From positions 32,001 through 96,000 of the forward strand of contig JAWCLG010000001.1 of assembly GCA_038851075.1 (NCBI GenBank): 64,000 nt of DNA. The letters are read 5' to 3'. Of this stretch, positions 9,229 through 18,452 are shown one piece after another; position 1 is the first letter of the stretch, and every line of letters begins with the position of its first letter. The notes under the pieces are model-generated. The model was given only the letters and a program-made list of their open reading frames with translations, ran no database searches and had not been told where the DNA came from. The stretch is from Candidatus Hadarchaeales archaeon (lineage in GTDB: Archaea > Hadarchaeota > Hadarchaeia > Hadarchaeales > Hadarchaeaceae). The position numbers and the translations under genes are program-made.

Positions 9229-10716
9229 CTACGAAATCTCATATATCCTTCCGATTTCCCTCTCCCCTCTTTTCAGCCTCGCCTTTACATCGTCTGCCAG
9301 TTTCTGGGCAAGCGGGGTGGGGTATTCGCAAGTCAGGCAGCCGAGGCAGAGCTCGTCCCTTCCGAGGCCTGTCGCCTTAATGAAGTTCTCCAGGGACTGG
9401 TAGTGCACGCTGTCTGCCCCTATCATCTTGGATATCTCCCCCTCATCGTATTTCGACCCGAGCAATTCGCTGAACGTTGACATGTCGATGCCGTACGGAC
9501 ATGGTGAGATTATGCGCGGGAAGGTGATGTACATGTGGACCTCGCTGGCCCCGGCTTCTCTCATCCTCCTGATTATCCTGCGTGATGTGTCCCCCCTGAC
9601 TATGCTGTCCTCCACGACCGCAATCCTCTTGCCTTTTATCCCCTCCCCGATGTTGAGCTTCTTGGAGATTATCGTCTCACGCTCCTCGGGGCTGGTTATG
9701 AAAGCGCGGTCCGTCACGTAGCGGTGTTTTCTGAGCGCGCGTTCCCACGGTATGCCCGTCTCTTCATGAAGCCCGTACGCAGCGTCGTCCCCGGTCTCCG
9801 GTATGGAGACGATCATGTCCACCTTCTTCCTGATTTCCGGATCCTCCTTTCCAAGGTTTTTGCCGAACTCCTCCCTTATCTTGTACACTGGTCTGTTCGT
9901 GCCGTTCAGGATTGAGTCCGGCCTGGCGAAATATGCGAACTCGAAGCTGCAAAACGCACGCCGCTTGGGGTCGACTAGCCTCTCCCTCATGAATCCCCCC
10001 TTCGACCACACCAGCAGCTCCCCGGGCCTCACCTCGGACTCGTACCTGAGATTGTTTATGTCCAGGCCGACGCTTTCCGATGATATGGCAAAGATTTTTC
10101 CATCGCCGCTCCGGCCGTAACAGAGGGGCCTTATCCCAAGTGGATCCCTGAACGCGAAAAGTTCCCCATCACCGGTGAGACCCACCACCGAAAACGATCC
10201 TTCTATCTCTTGCATGCACGTGGTCACTGCGGATTTCAGGTCCGACCCTCTTCTGAGCCCCTGCAGCAGCTTTCTGCCGATCAGCTCGACATCCGAGGAA
10301 ACAGATATGTCTCCAAACTCCGCACGAAGCTCAGAACGCAGCTGCGACGTGTTCACCACGTTGCCGTTGTACCCCAGGGCGATCTTTATGCCCCTATCCT
10401 CCAGCACGAAAGGCTGGATGTCCCTCATCAACCACGTCTTGTTGCTCTTTCCGGATGTGGCGTACCTCACATGGCCGATACCAGCGGATCCCTTCAACTT
10501 CTTGAAAAGCCTTTGGGTTGATGGATGCATCACTGGTGGCAAAAGCCCTAGCCCGCGATGCAAAAGAAAATCCCCATTCAAGGTCAAAAATCCGTGGGAA
10601 TGATGCCCCCGGTGGTTCTGGGACACGAGCCCCCAATAGATGTATGGTATGACGTTTCCCCCATCTGCATGGTAAGCAGCGAACACACCGCATTTTTCCC
10701 TGATGATTTCTGGCAT
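9229..10716 (-). CDS. purF: Amidophosphoribosyltransferase (PurF family, divergent glutaminase motifs)
   Basis: Propeptide then CGVF (Ntn nucleophile), GHVRYAT, RDPLGIRPL, CSFEFAYFARPDS, PRPP loop VVEDSIVRGDT, Fe-S cysteines CPYGID/CLGC. Confidence 0.88.
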   Translation of the reverse strand: MPEIIREKCGVFAAYHADGGNVIPYIYWGLVSQNHRGHHSHGFLTLNGDFLLHRGLGLLPPVMHPSTQRLFKKLKGSAGIGHVRYATSGKSNKTWLMRDIQPFVLEDRGIKIALGYNGNVVNTSQLRSELRAEFGDISVSSDVELIGRKLLQGLRRGSDLKSAVTTCMQEIEGSFSVVGLTGDGELFAFRDPLGIRPLCYGRSGDGKIFAISSESVGLDINNLRYESEVRPGELLVWSKGGFMRERLVDPKRRAFCSFEFAYFARPDSILNGTNRPVYKIREEFGKNLGKEDPEIRKKVDMIVSIPETGDDAAYGLHEETGIPWERALRKHRYVTDRAFITSPEERETIISKKLNIGEGIKGKRIAVVEDSIVRGDTSRRIIRRMREAGASEVHMYITFPRIISPCPYGIDMSTFSELLGSKYDEGEISKMIGADSVHYQSLENFIKATGLGRDELCLGCLTCEYPTPLAQKLADDVKARLKRGEREIGRIYEIS

Positions 10717-10968
10717 TCAATACCCCCACCGATGCGTGTACACCTGAGTGTATGGTCTATGCAGATGCTATAAAGTTTGGCGGATTCCCCGTCTGTGATT
10801 TCTGTGTTTGGGAAGATGGAACGGAACTTCGGGCGGGATCCCCACTAGGATTAAGTTCAAGGTGAACACAGTTTCAGGTTAGGGATGGACTAAGCTCAGG
10901 ATTGCCTTTGAGAGCAGGTGAGCACAAGGCTTTTGAGCACCAAAAGATGACGGAATTGGTGGGAGAAG

Positions 10969-11238
10969 ATGGAACCCAAGATGTACTTTGATGAAGAAGA
11001 GGAAGAAGATGAAGAATGGGAAAACCGTCTGAGGCACGAGGTCATAGAGTTCATCCTGCGCAGATACGGGATAATGAGTGCAAATGACATCGCGAGAGCG
11101 CTTGGATGGAAGGTCGTTGAGGTAACGCGGGTTCTGAGGAGCCTCGAGACCGCGGGGCGCGTAAAGAAGACAAAGCTAGGAAAGGCCAGCGTCTGGACTC
11201 ACATGGAAGAATATCACCAAGACAAGATGTATTATTGA
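10969..11238 (+). CDS. Small winged helix-turn-helix protein with acidic N-terminus
   Basis: MSANDIARALGW...VTRVLRSLETAGRVKK..G...VW wHTH pattern; DEEEEEDEE tract. Confidence 0.75.
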   Translation: MEPKMYFDEEEEEDEEWENRLRHEVIEFILRRYGIMSANDIARALGWKVVEVTRVLRSLETAGRVKKTKLGKASVWTHMEEYHQDKMYY

Positions 11239-11304
11239 AAAACGGTCGCCCGGCAGATTAGGCGCGACCCAGATGAACACGCCTATAAGATAAACGGAAC
11301 ATAT

Positions 11305-11757
11305 GTGAGCGGGGATTCTAAGTTGGTCAAGATGGTAGATATCGGGAAAAAGCGGACTGTTCACCGTGAGGCCACAGCCGAGGGGATGATAAGGCTGAAG
11401 AAAACTACTCTGGATGCCGTTATGAAAGGGAGGATACCCAAGGGAGATGTTCTCACCGTTGCAAAGACCGCAGCGATAATGGCAGTAAAAAGGACGCCGG
11501 AGATAATACCTCTCACACATCCCATTCCGATAACCGGAGTGGAGGTCAGGTTCAACCGGGAGAAAGAAGGGTTCAGAGTAACCGTTACAGTCAGAAGCGA
11601 TGGAAAAACAGGTGTTGAGATGGAGGCCCTCACCGGAGTAGCGGCGGCCCTCCTCACGGTATGGGACATGGTCAAGGCGCTGGAAAAGGACGAGGGCGGG
11701 CAGTATCCGCACATCTGCATTGAGAGGATAATGGTGCTGAGAAAGGTGAAAGGATGA
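11305..11757 (+). CDS. moaC: Cyclic pyranopterin monophosphate synthase
   Basis: MVDIG.K, KGDVL, IIPLTHPI, KTGVEMEALTG, WDMVKA. Confidence 0.96.
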   Translation: MSGDSKLVKMVDIGKKRTVHREATAEGMIRLKKTTLDAVMKGRIPKGDVLTVAKTAAIMAVKRTPEIIPLTHPIPITGVEVRFNREKEGFRVTVTVRSDGKTGVEMEALTGVAAALLTVWDMVKALEKDEGGQYPHICIERIMVLRKVKG

Positions 11758-12269
11758 GTTTCAAAGAGCACAGAAAAACAGCTCCGCGGCAGCTGGGAGT
11801 AGCCGTACTCGTCATAAGCGATACCCGGGCTAAAGAGGCAAGGGAGGGCAGGGACACTGATGTATCGGGCAAGATAATGGAAAAAGCCGCAAAAAAACGC
11901 GGACATAAAACAGTTCGGACAGTGGTCCCGGACGAAACAGATGAAATAAAGAACGCGGTGGAGACATTTCTGCGCGACCAGAAAATTGATGCCATAATAA
12001 CTACCGGTGGCACTGGGGTGGCAAAGAGAGATGTCACGATTGAAACTATCGCCCCGATGTTCGAAAAGGACCTTCCCGGATTCGGAGAGATACTCAGACG
12101 GATTGGTTACGAAAAGGTGGGAACACCCGCCCTTCTGACGCGGGCCGCGGCAGGGATCATCCGTGGAAAACCCATCTTCTGTCTGCCCGGTGCCCCAAAC
12201 GCGGTTAAAATCGCAGCTGATCTCATTCTTCCTGAGCTGGGGCATATTGTAAAACATTCACGGGAATGA
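11754..12269 (+). CDS. moaB: Molybdopterin adenylyltransferase, MoaB/Mog family
   Basis: VISDTR, DVSG, TTGGTG...RDVTIE, PGFGE, FCLPG. Confidence 0.93.
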   Translation: MSFKEHRKTAPRQLGVAVLVISDTRAKEAREGRDTDVSGKIMEKAAKKRGHKTVRTVVPDETDEIKNAVETFLRDQKIDAIITTGGTGVAKRDVTIETIAPMFEKDLPGFGEILRRIGYEKVGTPALLTRAAAGIIRGKPIFCLPGAPNAVKIAADLILPELGHIVKHSRE

Positions 12270-13498
12270 GGATGAAAAAAGCTGGGTTCACCACAAGAAT
12301 TTCCCTGGATAAAGCAGTCAGCAGCATCGTTTCGTGTTTGCGCCCCCTTGAGACTGAGGACATCGAAATCGAAGAGACGCTAGGCAGAGTTATCGCGGAG
12401 GACATTACCTCATCGGTGAACGTTCCATCTTTTGATCGTGCGGCAGTTGACGGTTACGCTTTGCAGGCCGCTGACACGTTTGGCGCCTCACAGGGGAGCC
12501 CCAGAGAAATAAGATTGCTCGGCAGCGCTGGTGCGGGAGAGAGAAAGAGATTCAGAATACGCAGGGGGGAGGCGGTGGCAGTGACGACCGGGGCCCAGAT
12601 TCCTGAGGGGGCGGATGCCGTGGTGATGCTTGAGAGCACATCCAGATCTGGAAAAACAATCTGGATTCTCAGCCCGGTCACCCCTGGAAAAAATATCTCC
12701 GCTGCAGGAGAGGATGTGAAAAAAGGAGACCTAGTGTTTCGAAGAGGGCATCTTCTCAGACCATGCGATGTTGGGCTCCTCGCCTCGATAGGACGTTCGA
12801 GAGTTAAGGTTTTCAGAAAACCCGAAGCGGGAGTCATATCAACAGGGAGCGAGGTCGTCCCACCGCACGGTAAAATAGGAAGAGGACAGGTTTTTGATGT
12901 AAACAGCTACTCAATATCCGCTGCCGTGGAGTCATGCGGCGGGATACCTCACAGGCTGGGTATCGCCCAAGAGAACAAAAATTCCGTGGTGAAAATGATA
13001 CGTGAAGCGCTGAAATACGATGCAGTGATCATAACAGGCGGAAGCGCTGTTGGAGAAAAGGACACAGTTCCTGAGGTTGTTGCAGAGATGGGTGAACTGA
13101 AGTTCCACGGTGTCGCGATGAGACCTGGAGGTCCGAGCGCATTTGGAATAGTTGAAGGAAAGCCGGTCTTCTGTCTGGCCGGGTTTCCCGCAGGTGCTCT
13201 CGTGGCATTCGACATGCTGGTCAGACCCGGGTTGCGGCTGATGCAGGGCTTAAATGCCGACAGAGGTTACAGAAGCGTGCCTGCAGTACTGGCTGAAAAC
13301 GTGGCATCGGTTCTTGGGCGCACAGATGTTGTGAGGGTGAAGCTTATCCGGACACCGAAGGGGCTGAAAGCCGAACCGATACGCATAACCGGATCCAGCA
13401 TGATAACCACCATGACGCGCGCCGACGGGTTTATCATGATCCCAGAGACCGTTGAGGGGCTGAGCAGAGGAGAAAGCGTTGAAGTCGAGCTTTATTGA
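12266..13498 (+). CDS. moeA: Molybdopterin molybdo/tungsto-transferase MoeA
   Basis: PSFDRAAVDGYA, TGAQIPEGADAVVMLE, STGSE, TGGSAVGEKD, GVAMRPG. Confidence 0.95.
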   Translation: MRMKKAGFTTRISLDKAVSSIVSCLRPLETEDIEIEETLGRVIAEDITSSVNVPSFDRAAVDGYALQAADTFGASQGSPREIRLLGSAGAGERKRFRIRRGEAVAVTTGAQIPEGADAVVMLESTSRSGKTIWILSPVTPGKNISAAGEDVKKGDLVFRRGHLLRPCDVGLLASIGRSRVKVFRKPEAGVISTGSEVVPPHGKIGRGQVFDVNSYSISAAVESCGGIPHRLGIAQENKNSVVKMIREALKYDAVIITGGSAVGEKDTVPEVVAEMGELKFHGVAMRPGGPSAFGIVEGKPVFCLAGFPAGALVAFDMLVRPGLRLMQGLNADRGYRSVPAVLAENVASVLGRTDVVRVKLIRTPKGLKAEPIRITGSSMITTMTRADGFIMIPETVEGLSRGESVEVELY

Positions 13499-13501
13499 AG
13501 C

Positions 13502-14527
13502 TCATACCACGGGCTCTATCTCGGGATAAGACTGAAATATGAACCCCGGCGAGTCATCATTTTCCCACCATGGTATCGCCCTGTAATATATTACATAATT
13601 ATCCCAGGATATTCTCCAGACCGGGTACATCCTGCCGATATTTGTCTCAACGCAGGCGGCCACTATGTCCGCATCCGAAGGAACATTCACGAAGCTGTTC
13701 TCGTTCTTCCAGGTCCTGTTCCTGAGGTCCTGAAGTGCCTTGGTGCCAGAGAACAGCCAACCACCTGCAACTGCATTGTCCAGATTCTCGTCGCACGTTA
13801 TCATCGAACCAACGGAGGAACCAACACGATTAACGCCGCTCAGTACCCATGCCCTCATCACATTGCCCACCCTCTGATCGCTCACGTCCCATCTGGTCTC
13901 GAAATAAGCCTCCTCCGCCCCTCTCGTCCACCTAACATAGATGCGGTCCTCCGACGTTGAATAACCAGCTGCAATGTACCCTATGTCTGATAGCGAGAAG
14001 TATGAGGCGATCATTCCCGCCGCGACCCTAGCGCTGTGTTTGGCGAAGTTATAGAATTCCGGTGGAGCGCTTGTGGGCGACACGAATATCTCCATTTCCG
14101 GGGCCTGAACAGGAGACGAGCTGATAATCAGACTCTCACCAACCCTCATGAAGTAAACCCTCCCTCCTGGAAGGAAGCTGCCGTTCTCCACCTTCAGGTT
14201 AAAGTTTACGAATGAGCTGCATTCAGTTCCGTATCCCCTTCCATGGGTAATCCTAACAACGATGACGGAATTATCACGTACCTCCACAGCGTAGTAACTT
14301 CCACCAAGGCTCGGAGGTAGGTCCTTGAAGGGCTGCTCCCCGGAAAGCGCTGCAAATGCAGTTCTGCCGAGCTCATCTGCAAGCGAACTGGCCTCCTCCT
14401 GAACCCTCATGTCCATCTGACGCTCGTAAACGGCCATGAACAGGGCGAATATCAGCATCCCGAGAATCACGCTGTAGAGCACTATAAGCGGGAAGCTGGA
14501 AGCACCTTCCTGACAAATGTCTCTCAG
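13502..14527 (-). CDS. Pilin-like/adhesin-like membrane-anchored protein; probable CTG start at 14527
   Basis: Frame is open upstream of track start 14482: LRDICQEG/ASSFPLIVLYSVILGMLIFALF (class III-like leader plus TM). GGTGA-N4-CTG overlaps the TGA of the upstream gene. Confidence 0.6.
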   Translation of the reverse strand: MRDICQEGASSFPLIVLYSVILGMLIFALFMAVYERQMDMRVQEEASSLADELGRTAFAALSGEQPFKDLPPSLGGSYYAVEVRDNSVIVVRITHGRGYGTECSSFVNFNLKVENGSFLPGGRVYFMRVGESLIISSSPVQAPEMEIFVSPTSAPPEFYNFAKHSARVAAGMIASYFSLSDIGYIAAGYSTSEDRIYVRWTRGAEEAYFETRWDVSDQRVGNVMRAWVLSGVNRVGSSVGSMITCDENLDNAVAGGWLFSGTKALQDLRNRTWKNENSFVNVPSDADIVAACVETNIGRMYPVWRISWDNYVIYYRAIPWWENDDSPGFIFQSYPEIEPVV

Positions 14528-14886
14528 ACGCTCACCTCAACACCGTTCTCGACCCTCAGAAGCCTCATGTTCGCGGACGTGCCGCTCAGCGCCGGGCCAG
14601 ATACCTGAATCCCCACGTATACGTTATCGGCCCTGTTCCCGATGATGAAATTTACGGAGCTGTCTCCAAACGAAAGCTCACATCCGGATGGCACATATAT
14701 CTGGAGATGCCATTCTGTGCCGGGGTCCTGAGCCGCAAGGGACCTTATGCGGTTGGCGAGTTCCTCAACACTCCCGGCGAAACGCTGCTCTTCCATCGCC
14801 CTGCTGTATCCGGTGTACAGCACAACGGCCATCGATATGAACATGGCCGCCATGATCGCATACGCCAGGTAGTTCAGCGCTCCCAT
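14524..14886 (-). CDS. Pilin-like protein
   Basis: N-terminal hydrophobic helix (GALNYLAYAIMAAMFISMAVVLY), amphipathic helix, then IYVP..C.L.F.D beta region resembling 30891-31253. Start 14886 (SD) or 14910. Confidence 0.6.
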   Translation of the reverse strand: MGALNYLAYAIMAAMFISMAVVLYTGYSRAMEEQRFAGSVEELANRIRSLAAQDPGTEWHLQIYVPSGCELSFGDSSVNFIIGNRADNVYVGIQVSGPALSGTSANMRLLRVENGVEVSV

Positions 14887-14971
14887 TCGACCACTGATAA
14901 TTATCTGCATGGTAAAAAAAGAATGTCAAACGTTTTAAAGCAGGAATGTTCATAAGATACGGGTGTACTGA

Positions 14972-15205
14972 ATGGTGAACGCGTACAGCCTCATATCAGC
15001 GGAACCCGGAAAGACTGCCGAGGTTTTCAGAAAGCTGAAAACCCTGCCCGGAGTGAAAAAGGTCGAGGCGGTTGCAGGCCCGTATGACATAGTTGCGAGG
15101 ATAGAGGTAGATTCCCTGGAGGCCCTAACGAAGTCAATTTTCGGGGAGATACGAAGCATACCCGGTGTGACAAACACGACCACTCTGATAGTGGTAGAGA
15201 TATAA
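14972..15205 (+). CDS. Lrp/AsnC ligand-binding (RAM) domain protein, no HTH
   Basis: AEPGK...AVAGPYDIVARIE...IRSIPGVTNTTTLI. Confidence 0.88.
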   Translation: MVNAYSLISAEPGKTAEVFRKLKTLPGVKKVEAVAGPYDIVARIEVDSLEALTKSIFGEIRSIPGVTNTTTLIVVEI

Positions 15206-16170
15206 TGGCTCCGAGGATAATCGGGATAGTCGGGCCACAGGGTTCCGGGAAGACAGAGGTAGCAAAAATCCTGTTGGATCACGGCGCCGTTGTTGTGCGG
15301 ATGGGAGACGCGGTATGGGAAGAGACGAAAAGACGCGGGCTTGAGATAAATGAGGAAAATATCGGCAGGGTTGCTGCTGATCTGAGAAGGGAGATGGGTC
15401 CGGCAGCCGTGGCCAAAATCTGCATACCCCTGATAAATGAGAAAGGCCTGGGGGCAAAACTCGTTATCGTCGATGGAATAAGAAGCATCGATGAAGTAGA
15501 AGAATTCAGGCGGGAGTTCGGCCTTAACTTCAGGCTTCTCGCAGTCACAGCGGATAGAAGGCTGAGGATCTCGAGAATCATGAACAGAGGACGGGATGAC
15601 GATGCCAGGAGTGAGGCGGAGTTCGACGAAAAGGACAGGAGGGAAGCCGGCTGGGGGCTACCTGAAGCCATTGAGAGGGCTGATTTCCTCATCCAGAACG
15701 ACGGCACGATTGACCAGCTTAGAGAAAAAATCGAAGGCATCCGTAACAGACTTGTGGGGAGAGGGATGCGCATAACTGTGAGGGCTGAGGTGAAACCAAC
15801 CGAAGACCCGAACAAGGTCAAACGTGCGCTTGAGAGGATATTTCCAGAGATCAAATTTATTTATTCAGACGGACTGCTGGTCGGAGAATCTGGCAATTCC
15901 GAGTCAATTTCAACGTTACGTCGGCTGCTGCGCCAGCAGGCGATACTCGATACCGCCAGGTCGGTGATGATATCAAACATGAAAGATGATGTGACACGCT
16001 TCATGCTGAACAAGCAGGCCGCATTTGTGGGAAAAGTGAGTTTCACGGAAGGTGAAAGCCCTCTGGGACCCATCGAAGTATTATTAAGGGCGGAGGACCC
16101 ACAGCGCCTCATTGATCATCTGGCACCAAGAACCGAAAACGGCAGACCCGTGTGCGAAACCGAATATTAA
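15205..16170 (+). CDS. Fusion of UPF0200 P-loop kinase (dephospho-CoA kinase-like) and UPF0201/DUF54 RNA-binding domain
   Basis: N-term GPQGSGKT, MGD.V, VDGIRS, RGR.DD, IQNDG; C-term VKPTEDPNKVKRA, QQAILDTAR, LNKQAAFVG, ESPLGPI, APRT..G.P. Confidence 0.85.
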   Translation: MAPRIIGIVGPQGSGKTEVAKILLDHGAVVVRMGDAVWEETKRRGLEINEENIGRVAADLRREMGPAAVAKICIPLINEKGLGAKLVIVDGIRSIDEVEEFRREFGLNFRLLAVTADRRLRISRIMNRGRDDDARSEAEFDEKDRREAGWGLPEAIERADFLIQNDGTIDQLREKIEGIRNRLVGRGMRITVRAEVKPTEDPNKVKRALERIFPEIKFIYSDGLLVGESGNSESISTLRRLLRQQAILDTARSVMISNMKDDVTRFMLNKQAAFVGKVSFTEGESPLGPIEVLLRAEDPQRLIDHLAPRTENGRPVCETEY

Positions 16171-16195
16171 TTCAGATTAACGCAGATTATATCTG

Positions 16196-17047
16196 ATGAG
16201 CATGTACTATCGCGTTGTGAAAAAGAATAGGCTGGCCCCGGGAATTTTTTCAATAGATATCCACGCTCCCCTGATAGCCAGAAAAGCGAAACCGGGACAG
16301 TTCGTAGTGCTGATGACGGATGAACGGGGGGAGAGGATACCCCTCACAATAGCAGACTGGGACGTATCAGAAGGTTACGTGCGCCTGATATTTGAAGTCG
16401 TGGGCAGAACGACACGCAAGCTCGCCTCGATCGAAGAGAAACAGAACATTTATTCAATTGCTGGGCCACTGGGCAACCCCTCTGAAGTGGGAATCTATGG
16501 AAGGGTCGCGGTCATTGGAGGAGGAGTCGGGATAGCCGCGTGTTACCCTATAGCCAGAGGACTGCGGGAGGCCGGAAATGACGTAATATCAATACTTGGT
16601 GCCAGAAGCGGTGATTTCATAATACTGGAAAGCGAGATGAACAAACTTTCCGAGGTTATAATAACAACCGATGACGGCAGCCGCGGAATAAAGGGGTTTG
16701 TAACCGATGCTCTCAGAGACATTCTTAAAAAAGTGAACCTGAACAGGGTGTGGGCAGTCGGTCCTGCACCAATGATGAAGGCCGTTTCCGACATCACGCG
16801 TGGCACCGGAATAAAAACAATCGTGAGCCTCAACGCAATAATGGTCGATGGTACCGGAATGTGCGGAAGCTGCAGGGTAACGGTCGGAGGAAAAATGAAG
16901 CTCACATGCGTTGATGGGCCAGAGTTCGATGGACATGAAGTAGACTGGAACGAATTCATACCCAGACTCCAGAGGTTTTCTGAGCAGGAAAGCTCCGCTT
17001 ACCACGGAGGTTGTGGTTGCGGTGAACCGTATGAGAGAGAAGACTGA
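16196..17047 (+). CDS. nfnA: Electron-bifurcating transhydrogenase small subunit (NfnA/SudB)
   Basis: KPGQFVVL, GERIPLTI, GPLG, GGGVG, TDDGS.G..GFVT, MVDGTGMCGSCRV..CVDGPEFD. Confidence 0.9.
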   Translation: MSMYYRVVKKNRLAPGIFSIDIHAPLIARKAKPGQFVVLMTDERGERIPLTIADWDVSEGYVRLIFEVVGRTTRKLASIEEKQNIYSIAGPLGNPSEVGIYGRVAVIGGGVGIAACYPIARGLREAGNDVISILGARSGDFIILESEMNKLSEVIITTDDGSRGIKGFVTDALRDILKKVNLNRVWAVGPAPMMKAVSDITRGTGIKTIVSLNAIMVDGTGMCGSCRVTVGGKMKLTCVDGPEFDGHEVDWNEFIPRLQRFSEQESSAYHGGCGCGEPYERED

Positions 17048-18428
17048 GATGGATCCGGTTCCTGTGCCAAAGAGACCTCCCCAGGAGAGAGTTCGCGACT
17101 TTAAAGAAGTTTCTCTGGGCTACTCGGAGGAACAGGCGATTCGTGAGGCTTTGAGGTGCCTTCAGTGCAGAAATCGCCCGTGCGTTAGGGGCTGCCCCGC
17201 GGAGGTGAACATTCCTGGATTCATAAGGAAGATAATCGAGGGAGACTTTGATGGAGCCTGCCTCGAGATAAAGAGAACAAACAGCCTGCCAGCGGTCTGC
17301 GGCAGGGTTTGCCCGCAGGAGGAGCAGTGCCAGCGTTCGTGCGTTTACGCCGCTAAGGGAAAGCCAATTCAGATAGGGGCGCTTGAGAGATTCGTGGCCG
17401 ACCGGGCGACGGGGCGCATGACCGAGATTCCTGCCGAAAAGAAAGGCGGAGATGTGGCCGTCGTGGGCTCCGGTCCAGCCGGGATAACGTGTGCCGCTGA
17501 CCTTGCGAGAATGGGACATCGTGTCACCGTCTTCGAAGCGCTTCACGTTCCCGGTGGAGTCCTTGTCTACGGCATACCCGAGTTCAGGCTCCCCAAGGAG
17601 ATCGTCTCAACGGAAGTTTCATCTCTGGAGAGAATGGGGGTGAAGTTTATCTGTGACTTCGTGGTCGGCATGACGGAAACTGTTGAAGACCTGTTGAACG
17701 AGTTTGACGCTGTTTTCCTATCCAACGGTGCTGGCGCTCCTGAGTTCATGGGCATTCCCGGAGAAAGCCTGAAACAGGTGTACTCCGCAAACGAATTTTT
17801 AACAAGGACCAATCTCATGAAAGCGTATCTTCACCCGGAATTTGACACCCCGATAAACACCGGAAAAACTGTGTCGGTGATAGGGGCCGGGAACGTCGCG
17901 ATGGACGCTGCCAGGACCGCCCTGAGGCTGAAAGCGAACGAGGTGCGCATAGTTTACAGAAGGACGAGGAGCGAATCACCCGCAAGGGCTGAGGAGATAA
18001 CGAATGCGGAGGAGGAAGGAGTCAAATTTGAGTTCCTGACCCTTCCGGTAAGAATCATCGGAGACAGCTGGGGCAACGTGTCGGGAATGGAATGCGTGAA
18101 AATGAGGCTTGGTGAAAGGGATGCCTCAGGAAGGCCGGGTCCAGAGGTCATCAGCGGGTCAAACTTCACTTTGGAGACCGACCTCGTTATAAACGCGATA
18201 GGTACAAAAGCGAACAGGACCGCGCTGAGGGGGGCTGAAGGGATACGCACCAACAGATGGGGATACATTGAAGTCGACCCAGATACGTGCGCAACTTCAA
18301 TGAAAGGCGTATTTGCAGGTGGAGATGTGATTCGGGGTTCTGCCACTGTAATCTCGGCTATAGGTGACGGTAAAAAAGCCGCGAGGTCCATCCACAGTTA
18401 CCTCGCGGGTATAAAAAATGCAGCTTAA
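17031..18428 (+). CDS. nfnB: Electron-bifurcating transhydrogenase large subunit (NfnB/SudA; GltD-like)
   Basis: EALRCLQC..PCV.GCP, CGRVCPQEEQC, GSGPAG, YGIPEFRLPK, GAGNVAMD, FAGGD; paired with nfnA. Confidence 0.9.
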   Translation: MREKTEMDPVPVPKRPPQERVRDFKEVSLGYSEEQAIREALRCLQCRNRPCVRGCPAEVNIPGFIRKIIEGDFDGACLEIKRTNSLPAVCGRVCPQEEQCQRSCVYAAKGKPIQIGALERFVADRATGRMTEIPAEKKGGDVAVVGSGPAGITCAADLARMGHRVTVFEALHVPGGVLVYGIPEFRLPKEIVSTEVSSLERMGVKFICDFVVGMTETVEDLLNEFDAVFLSNGAGAPEFMGIPGESLKQVYSANEFLTRTNLMKAYLHPEFDTPINTGKTVSVIGAGNVAMDAARTALRLKANEVRIVYRRTRSESPARAEEITNAEEEGVKFEFLTLPVRIIGDSWGNVSGMECVKMRLGERDASGRPGPEVISGSNFTLETDLVINAIGTKANRTALRGAEGIRTNRWGYIEVDPDTCATSMKGVFAGGDVIRGSATVISAIGDGKKAARSIHSYLAGIKNAA

Positions 18429-18452
18429 CGGTCACCGCAAACATTTTTAGAC

